A stretch of 64,000 nt of DNA from Macrostomum lignano. Lineage: Eukaryota. Position 1 is the first letter of the stretch; each line of letters opens with the position of its first letter. Of the stretch, positions 54,910-64,000 are shown piece by piece. Location: assembly GCA_002269645.1 (NCBI GenBank), contig NIVC01001190.1:186001-250000 (forward strand). Direction: 5' to 3'. The notes under the pieces were generated by a model that was not told the DNA's origin, did not search any database, and saw only the letters and a program-made list of their open reading frames with translations. A program made the position numbers and the translations under genes.

Positions 54910-57710
54910 ATGGAGCCCGAAGTTCAGCTCCGGCCCAAACCGACTGCAATCGATAACTTGTCGGCCCAGACGACTAGAATCGCCGAGACATCCCATCCGG
55001 CTCCCTTCCTTGGGGTCCCAGGGGATAAAGGGGATAAAATGGGGATCTCATGTCAACTTAAGGCTCTGGAATGGAGCCCGAAGTTCAGCTCCGGCCCAAA
55101 CCGACTGCAATCGATAACTTGTCGGCCCAGACGACTAGAATCGCCGAGACATCCCATCCGGCTCCCTTCCTTGGGGTCCCAGGGGATAAAGGGGATAAAA
55201 TGGGGATCTCATGTCAACTTAAGGCTCTGGAATGGAGCCCGAAGTTCAGCTCCGGCCCAAACCGACTGCAATCGATAACTTGTCGGCCCAGACGACTAGA
55301 ATCGCCGAGACATCCCATCCGGCTCCCTTCCTTGGGGTCCCAGGGGATAAAGGGGATAAAATGGGGATCTCATGTCAACTTAAGGCTCTGGAATGGAGCC
55401 CGAAGTTCAGCTCCGGCCCAAACCGACTGCAATCGATAACTTGTCGGCCCAGACGACTAGAATCGCCGAGACATCCCATCCGGCTCCCTTCCTTGGGGTC
55501 CCAGGGGATAAAGGGGATAAAATGGGGATCTCATGTCAACTTAAGGCTCTGGAATGGAGCCCGAAGTTCAGCTCCGGACCAAACCGACTGCAATCGATAA
55601 CTTGTCGGCCCAGACGACTAGAATCGCCGAGACATCCCATCCGGCTCCCTTCCTTGGGGTCCCAGGGGATAAAGGGGATAAAATGGGGATCTCATGTCAA
55701 CTTAAGGCTCTGGAATGGAGCCCGAAGTTCAGCTCCGGCCCAAACCGACTGCAATCGATAACTTGTCGGCCCAGACGACTAGAATCGCCGAGACATCCCA
55801 TCCGGCTCCCTTCCTTGGGGTCCCAGGGGATAAAGGGGATAAAATGGGGATCTCATGTCAACTTAAGGCTCTGGAATGGAGCCCGAAGTTCAGCTCCGGA
55901 CCAAACCGACTGCAATCGATAACTTGTCGGCCCAGACGACTAGAATCGCCGAGACATCCCATCCGGCTCCCTTCCTTGGGGTCCCAGGGGATAAAGGGGA
56001 TAAAATGGGGATCTCATGTCAACTTAAGGCTCTGGAATGGAGCCCGAAGTTCAGCTCCGGACCAAACCGACTGCAATCGATAACTTGTCGGCCCAGACGA
56101 CTAGAATCGCCGAGACATCCCATCCGGCTCCCTTCCTTGGGGTCCCAGGGGATAAAGGGGATAAAATGGGGATCTCATGTCAACTTAAGGCTCTGGAATG
56201 GAGCCCGAAGTTCAGCTCCGGCCCAAACCGACTGCAATCGATAACTTGTCGGCCCAGACGACTAGAATCGCCGAGACATCCCATCCGGCTCCCTTCCTTG
56301 GGGTCCCAGGGGATAAAGGGGATAAAATGGGGATCTCATGTCAACTTAAGGCTCTGGAATGGAGCCCGAAGTTCAGCTCCGGCCCAAACCGACTGCAATC
56401 GATAACTTGTCGGCCCAGACGACTAGAATCGCCGAGACATCCCATCCGGCTCCCTTCCTTGGGGTCCCAGGGGATAAAGGGGATAAAATGGGGATCTCAT
56501 GTCAACTTAAGGCTCTGGAATGGAGCCCGAAGTTCAGCTCCGGACCAAACCGACTGCAATCGATAACTTGTCGGCCCAGACGACTAGAATCGCCGAGACA
56601 TCCCATCCGGCTCCCTTCCTTGGGGTCCCAGGGGATAAAGGGGATAAAATGGGGATCTCATGTCAACTTAAGGCTCTGGAATGGAGCCCGAAGTTCAGCT
56701 CCGGCCCAAACCGACTGCAATCGATAACTTGTCCGCCCAGACGACTAGAATCGCCGAGACATCCCATCCGGCTCCCTTCCTTGGGGTCCCAGGGGATAAA
56801 GGGGATAAAATGGGGATCTCATGTCAACTTAAGGCTCTGGAATGGAGCCCGAAGTTCAGCTCCGGCCCAAACCGACTGCAATCGATAACTTGTCGGCCCA
56901 GACGACTAGAATCGCCGAGACATCCCATCCGGCTCCCTTCCTTGGGGTCCCAGGGGATAAAGGGGATAAAATGGGGATCTCATGTCAACTTAAGGCTCTG
57001 GAATGGAGCCCGAAGTTCAGCTCCGGCCCAAACCGACTGCAATCGATAACTTGTCGGCCCAGACGACTAGAATCGCCGAGACATCCCATCCGGCTCCCTT
57101 CCTTGGGGTCCCAGGGGATAAAGGGGATAAAATGGGGATCTCATGTCAACTTAAGGCTCTGGAATGGAGCCCGAAGTTCAGCTCCGGCCCAAACCGACTG
57201 CAATCGATAACTTGTCGGCCCAGACGACTAGAATCGCCGAGACATCCCATCCGGCTCCCTTCCTTGGGGTCCCAGGGGATAAAGGGGATAAAATGGGGAT
57301 CTCATGTCAACTTAAGGCTCTGGAATGGAGCCCGAAGTTCAGCTCCGGACCAAACCGACTGCAATCGATAACTTGTCGGCCCAGACGACTAGAATCGCCG
57401 AGACATCCCATCCGGCTCCCTTCCTTGGGGTCCCAGGGGATAAAGGGGATAAAATGGGGATCTCATGTCAACTTAAGGCTCTGGAATGGAGCCCGAAGTT
57501 CAGCTCCGGCCCAAACCGACTGCAATCGATAACTTGTCGGCCCAGACGACTAGAATCGCCGAGACATCCCATCCGGCTCCCTTCCTTGGGGTCCCAGGGG
57601 ATAAAGGGGATAAAATGGGGATCTCATGTCAACTTAAGGCTCTGGAATGGAGCCCGAAGTTCAGCTCTGGCCCAAACCGACTGAAATCGATAACTTGTCG
57701 GCCCAGACGA
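54910..57710 (+). repeat. 161-bp tandem array, about 17.4 copies (left arm)
   Basis: Exact 161-bp period; copies nearly identical. Confidence 0.98.
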
Positions 57711-58247
57711 TTATTCCATTCAAAACATCGATAGCTACGAAGGTGACTCCTGGAGAGACTTTGAGTTACACATCCAAGCCGCCGGGAGTGTTGGAAGTTT
57801 CGGCAAGCGACGCCGCTAGAAAACTGGAGCAACCGATTCGGTCGGTGGCATCCGTCTTGATTTTTCTTGATTTGATTCTGCCATAATTCAAAATCCTACC
57901 GCGTGATTCTTAGAGTGTGTGACAGCAGCGGACAATCGCTTTGGTTTTAGAGATCCAGGATTGCAACTTCTTCCTGGCTTCTACTCGTCAGCAAAAGCAG
58001 GAAGTAGGACTGCAGGCTGCGATTGTCATGTACGAGCGTAATGGCATTGCTCAAACTCCTGGGCTGCTACGCTTACCACCAAGATACATATGTAGCTATC
58101 GAAGGTCTGGTGCCGGCCTTCGCTTTGTTGATTTCGCTCTTCCACGCAGCCTTGTTGCCAGACTTTATGCTAGAGAAAACGCTTTACCACAGCAGCGAAA
58201 GCCTACTGAGCAACATTTTAGGGGCCAGCGAGAGGAGTTTCAGTCAG

Positions 58248-60767
58248 CCCAAGGAAGGGAGCCGGATGGGATGTCTCTGCGATTCTAGTCGTCTGGGCCG
58301 ACAAGTTATCGATTGCAGTCGGTTTGGGCCGGAGCTGAACTTCGGGCTCCATTCCAGAGCCTTAAGTTGACATGAGATCCCCATTTTATCCCCTTTATCC
58401 CCTGGGACCCCAAGGAAGGGAGCCGGATGGGATGTCTCTGCGATTCTAGTCGTCTGGGCCGACAAGTTATCGATTGCAGTCGGTTTGGGCCGGAGCTGAA
58501 CTTCGGGCTCCATTCCAGAGCCTTAAGTTGACATGAGATCCCCATTTTATCCCCTTTATCCCCTGGGACCCCAAGGAAGGGAGCCGGATGGGATGTCTCG
58601 GCGATTCTAGTCGTCTGGGCCGACAAGTTATCGATTGCAGTCGGTTTGGGCCGGAGCTGAACTTCGGGCTCCATTCCAGAGCCTTAAGTTGACATGAGAT
58701 CCCCATTTTATCCCCTTTATCCCCTGGGACCCCAAGGAAGGGAGCCGGATGGGATGTCTCGGCGATTCTAGTCGTCTGGGCCGACAAGTTATCGATTGCA
58801 GTCGGTTTGGGCCGGAGCTGAACTTCGGGCTCCATTCCAGAGCCTTAAGTTGACATGAGATCCCCATTTTATCCCCTTTATCCCCTGGGACCCCAAGGAA
58901 GGGAGCCGGATGGGATGTCTCGGCGATTCTAGTCGTCTGGGCCGACAAGTTATCGATTGCAGTCGGTTTGGGCCGGAGCTGAACTTCGGGCTCCATTCCA
59001 GAGCCTTAAGTTGACATGAGATCCCCATTTTATCCCCTTTATCCCCTGGGACCCCAAGGAAGGGAGCCGGATGGGATGTCTCGGCGATTCTAGTCGTCTG
59101 GGCCGACAAGTTATCGATTGCAGTCGGTTTGGTCCGGAGCTGAACTTCGGGCTCCATTCCAGAGCCTTAAGTTGACATGAGATCCCCATTTTATCCCCTT
59201 TATCCCCTGGGACCCCAAGGAAGGGAGCCGGATGGGATGTCTCGGCGATTCTAGTCGTCTGGGCCGACAAGTTATCGATTGCAGTCGGTTTGGTCCGGAG
59301 CTGAACTTCGGGCTCCATTCCAGAGCCTTAAGTTGACATGAGATCCCCATTTTATCCCCTTTATCCCCTGGGACCCCAAGGAAGGGAGCCGGATGGGATG
59401 TCTCGGCGATTCTAGTCGTCTGGGCCGACAAGTTATCGATTGCAGTCGGTTTGGGCCGGAGCTGAACTTCGGGCTCCATTCCAGAGCCTTAAGTTGACAT
59501 GAGATCCCCATTTTATCCCCTTTATCCCCTGGGACCCCAAGGAAGGGAGCCGGATGGGATGTCTCGGCGATTCTAGTCGTCTGGGCCGACAAGTTATCGA
59601 TTGCAGTCGGTTTGGTCCGGAGCTGAACTTCGGGCTCCATTCCAGAGCCTTAAGTTGACATGAGATCCCCATTTTATCCCCTTTATCCCCTGGGACCCCA
59701 AGGAAGGGAGCCGGATGGGATGTCTCGGCGATTCTAGTCGTCTGGGCCGACAAGTTATCGATTGCAGTCGGTTTGGGCCGGAGCTGAACTTCGGGCTCCA
59801 TTCCAGAGCCTTAAGTTGACATGAGATCCCCATTTTATCCCCTTTATCCCCTGGGACCCCAAGGAAGGGAGCCGGATGGGATGTCTCGGCGATTCTAGTC
59901 GTCTGGGCCGACAAGTTATCGATTGCAGTCGGTTTGGTCCGGAGCTGAACTTCGGGCTCCATTCCAGAGCCTTAAGTTGACATGAGATCCCCATTTTATC
60001 CCCTTTATCCCCTGGGACCCCAAGGAAGGGAGCCGGATGGGATGTCTCGGCGATTCTAGTCGTCTGGGCCGACAAGTTATCGATTGCAGTCGGTTTGGGC
60101 CGGAGCTGAACTTCGGGCTCCATTCCAGAGCCTTAAGTTGACATGAGATCCCCATTTTATCCCCTTTATCCCCTGGGACCCCAAGGAAGGGAGCCGGATG
60201 GGATGTCTCGGCGATTCTAGTCGTCTGGGCCGACAAGTTATCGATTGCAGTCGGTTTGGTCCGGAGCTGAACTTCGGGCTCCATTCCAGAGCCTTAAGTT
60301 GACATGAGATCCCCATTTTATCCCCTTTATCCCCTGGGACCCCAAGGAAGGGAGCCGGATGGGATGTCTCGGCGATTCTAGTCGTCTGGGCCGACAAGTT
60401 ATCGATTGCAGTCGGTTTGGTCCGGAGCTGAACTTCGGGCTCCATTCCAGAGCCTTAAGTTGACATGAGATCCCCATTTTATCCCCTTTATCCCCTGGGA
60501 CCCCAAGGAAGGGAGCCGGATGGGATGTCTCGGCGATTCTAGTCGTCTGGGCCGACAAGTTATCGATTGCAGTCGGTTTGGTCCGGAGCTGAACTTCGGG
60601 CTCCATTCCAGAGCCTTAAGTTGACATGAGATCCCCATTTTATCCCCTTTATCCCCTGGGACCCCAAGGAAGGGAGCCGGATGGGATGTCTCGGCGATTC
60701 TAGTCGTCTGGGCCGACAAGTTATCGATTGCAGTCGGTTTGGTCCGGAGCTGAACTTCGGGCTCCAT
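58248..60767 (-). repeat. 161-bp tandem array in inverted orientation, about 15.7 copies (right arm)
   Basis: Reverse complement of the left-arm unit. Confidence 0.98.
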
Positions 60768-62077
60768 TCTGGTGCTTAAGTTGACATCCCCTTTGCAATT
60801 TCCACTACGTTCTGATTCTCACCCCCCCCCCCTAGCAAACGATGACGAGCCGTACTACTGGGTGATTACCACTACCCTAGATGACATTCTGTTTCTCAAA
60901 CTTAGCAGATCTTGTGCCATTCTTAGCAGATCTTCTCAATCTGCTCGGTTCTTGCATTGCAGTATCTTCTAAGAAGGGACGTACATTTGTTTTGTCATTC
61001 ATTGGCTAAAGTGTTCTAGCTGAACTCTAATTTGTTTCATGACAAAAATGGGACAACATATTTAAGAAGTATGCGATTTGAAGCTATAAATAAAAAAATA
61101 TAAAAGTTAAGATCTTGTACGATGTAGCAAGTCGCTCAGATCTTGTAAGTTTACCTAAGTATCATAGCGAAGATCTTGCACGCTCTTGCAAGTACTTGCG
61201 CAGCAACCCAAGAAGATCAGAAGCTCCTCTGACCGCGAATCAGTCCGTTTACAGTGATTTTTTTTATTTTACGAGGTAGACGAGATTTCATTGGATTATT
61301 GCCCATACTTGCCGTAACCTCAGCACCTGGCGGGGCTCGGAGAGGTTAGATAGACAGGACTCGTTGGTCAAGCGTGGAGCAAATCAAAGAAGAGAAGAGT
61401 GCTCAAAACGAGATTAGGACATTTTAGAAGATGGAGTTCACCCTTTCCAAGTTGCAACGCCAATTTATCGTACTTATACATGTAACATCAACCTACTACG
61501 TGTATCTCTAGGTAAGATAATACATTAATACCCCATGAATATATTTGCATACAAGCTTTAAAAGGCTCTAAGCTACGGTTAGCTAAAGTCTTGGTGATGT
61601 ATATTGATCTAAAAACTGCAAATACAGAAGCAGCTTAAAGGCGCAAGTGAGAAATTTGATGTTTGCTGTTGCTGAGAATCAGGGGTCTGAATTGTTTGGC
61701 TTTCATTGTTTCAACTTCCGGTGTGAAGCCTCGCTTTACCCAGCACAGCGAGGTGCCTGACTTACTCAGGCTGAAGTCACCCGATCTGCTTCCTTTGCTC
61801 CTGCTTTCTACTTGTAGAAGTTTTACAGGAAACTGGGGAAGTCAGAAAACGGATTTTTCGGTAGTAACATGCGTGTTAGGAAGACTTCCTGGTCGTTAGC
61901 TAGGAAGTAGAAAAATTTCGTAAGATTTTGGTCGAAGTAAAAAAAGTTTTTCTTCTCATAAACTTGTCAAACTTTATTTATAGATTCTGTATTCGAGGTT
62001 TCATTTGACAAAAGACAGGAGATCGAAAGCAAAAACAAACAATTCTTTAATAATATCAAATTGCAATTTTATTCATC

Positions 62078-62122
62078 TTTGCGCGACATGTTTTGCCGAA
62101 CAATCGGCATCTTCAGGCAATA
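62078..62122 (-). ncRNA. Degenerate minimal hammerhead motif (Penelope-like tail)
   Basis: On the - strand TTGC-CTGAAGA-T-GCCGA(TTGT)TCGGC-AAAA-CATGT-C-GCGCAA: perfect 5-bp stem II, palindromic ACATGT, GUC; the conserved GAAA reads AAAA. Confidence 0.55.
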
Positions 62123-62382
62123 ATATAGATCATGCAGAGAGGATGTGGTAATTTTTTAGTAGCCTAGTAAGTCAACATGATGCAAGTATGGGTAGAAGAG
62201 TTAGATGGCCCTAAATAAGAGGCAAGCGCATGGGGTCAGAACACCCTTAGATGGACACTGATCGCCCCTCTACCACCAAGTTGGATTGTTCATGGCGGGC
62301 TTTAGCTGTTTAATGTACAACGCCTCAAGAATAGACAACTTCATACTCTGGCGGTTACAATCGATAATTTCAAATTTTTCAG

Positions 62383-62782
62383 CATGTCTAACTTCAGCGC
62401 ATTGGTTGCACATCGATTCCTCCGAGTCAATAAATCATCTCCGACATCCTGCCAGAATCGGAGACCTGCTAGATTTAGACTTCGATCGCACAAAAGTCAT
62501 GCGATATATGATGATGAATATCGGCTTCTCCAGCATGACGGAACGCGATCGAGTGCTGCTTAGCGCAGACCTGGGTCTGGTGGCAACACACTTGATGGCA
62601 CCAATCAAAATGATAAAAGCGACAGTGCCTAAAAAGCAAGCACCGCCACCGGTCTGTAGCAGCTGCGAGAGTACTAACTCAATGCCGCTCATCAGTGCCA
62701 CAGGCGCTCACAGCTGCACTCCAAAATCCGAGCCAAAAGCCGATGGAGACTCGGACCAATTTAAAAAAAAACAGCGTCTCAG
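62383..62782 (+). CDS. Candidate internal exon of an unidentified gene
   Basis: Open frame (part of ORF 62286-62786) bounded by TTTTTCAG| and AG|GTGAGG; no recognisable domain and no linked exons found. Confidence 0.35.
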
Positions 62783-64000
62783 GTGAGGGCTTAAGACTCA
62801 AGCCTGCCGCCGGGCCACCCTGCTATGCCCTAACGCGTGAGCTGTCCTCAAATGAACCGAGTTGAACAGAGTCGATTGAAGAAGAGGCTGTTAAATCCTG
62901 TTTGCAGAAGCTGATAGGCAAGTTAAAATTTGCGTCGGGAGAGTTTTCCTCCGAGCTCTAATCGACAATGTCAACGAACTTCATTGGCCTCATGACAGGG
63001 GGGTTCTTGTGAGCCGCTCTGTGTTTCACCACCTCTCCTGATGGCGAGACGAGACGGTGTGTTGGATTCTGAGGCGAGGTGTCTCCAAGATTCGCGACTG
63101 ATGTGGTTGCTGCAGTCTGCTGCGTTGCTCTGTCGTGCGTGTTGACGTTAAATTTAAGGTGTTTTACGTTCCTGGTGTCTATATATCACCAGGATTCTCT
63201 TTTCTGAATACCAGGTTCTCCTTAGTTGCTTAGTTTTGTTTTCTTTGCGTTTATGAATGACCCTCTGGAAATTTACCCCGCTGAGTTTTCGGATCATGCG
63301 TTTTCTACGCACACATAAACATATGCGAATATATACATGCATACATATGCGAAGAATCAAGAATAGTAAAAACGTTACATGCTAAACAATGGACTGACTA
63401 CTATTCAATTCTAACAAGATTGTTTTTGCATAAAATAGACAAAAATCAGTTTTTACTCATGCTCATGTAAAACCATAAGCCAAAGTAAGGTTCTCCAACA
63501 AAAAGGTGCGCAGTAATTTGGATTCGAACATGCTACTTCAACTCGACGATAACTCTTGACTGAAACTTTTGTCAAGAGACACAAAATGTATAACAACGAT
63601 CAGAGTGGATTCATGCGGGTACTACCAGGTAAGGCTACTACGAAAAGATAAGTTTATAATAATAAAAATGATCGCAGGAGGGCTGCGGACAGTCTGGCGA
63701 TATCCGTGAGATCGTCTCACTACCAGGGCTGAGGCAATAGGCCCATTCCAATGACTCCTGACCACGTGCAAGCTTGCAGATACTGCGCGCAGGAACACAC
63801 TAACACATAAGCTCACACAGGTGGTACAGTGGCGATAAAATGTACTCGTCAGGCATGTGCACTCTTTCTGCCTTGGAGATTGGCCCTCATTGATGTGAAT
63901 CGCACGATCCGACCGCCCCGTGGTCCGAATTGTGGCCCGTGCACGGAATTGAACCGCGAACTGAGCTACACTCTAACAAGACAAGCAGCTACACTTAGTA

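Larger units (their letters stand above)
54886..60791. mobile_element. Foldback element with tandem-array inverted arms; possible non-autonomous Spy-type transposon
   Basis: Termini GGGGATGTCAACTTAAGCACCAGAATGGAGCCCG and its exact reverse complement; flanks AAA| and |TTT; no TSD; left arm to 57710, unique spacer 57711-58247, right arm from 58248. Confidence 0.75.

Noticed and set aside
58023-58110. Kinase subdomain IV-V resemblance (LKLLGCYAYHQDTYVAIE)
   Set aside because: No other kinase motifs in frame and stops upstream; probably chance.
54910-60767. Dozens of 122-aa MEPEVQ... ORFs
   Set aside because: They are overlapping translations of the 161-bp repeat, not genes. Those listed at 58306-60767 are labelled + in the track but are actually on the - strand.
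54883-60794. Read foldback or chimera artefact
   Set aside because: The arms differ in copy number and SNP order, a unique 537-bp spacer is present and the outer flanks are unrelated. Read-level confirmation is still needed.
60895-61225. Clustered AGATCTTG motifs suggesting transposon subterminal repeats
   Set aside because: No TIR pair, TSD or ORF could be defined.

Overview
Repeat-rich eukaryotic (metazoan-type, spliceosomal introns) genomic window. The GC-rich, polyQ/polyA-coding exons embedded in huge simple repeats resemble flatworm genomes such as Macrostomum, but this is inference only. Host genes: a 9-exon MFSD4/NAGLT1-like MFS transporter (+, 17748-36477, 534 aa when spliced) whose large introns are each filled by a different tandem repeat and whose first coding intron is a 12.5 kb GC-AG intron; a PAN/apple + C-type lectin gene (-); a low-complexity Gln/Ser/Arg-rich gene (-); and one orphan exon. 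Mobile DNA: a 4.6 kb Ty3/gypsy element with identical LTRs and 5-bp TSD, an apparently intact hAT element with 8-bp TSD, a deleted MULE nested in a tRNA-SINE, Crypton and DIRS/Ngaro-like remnants, and two Penelope-type minimal hammerhead motifs. The most unusual structure is a 5.9 kb foldback element (54886-60791). Its arms are inverted arrays of a 161-bp unit carrying a four-tract G-quadruplex motif, and it sits between AAA and TTT with no TSD, which is the Spy-transposon insertion signature. No CRISPR, rRNA or convincing functional tRNA gene was found. All family calls come from motif recognition by eye; no database search was run.
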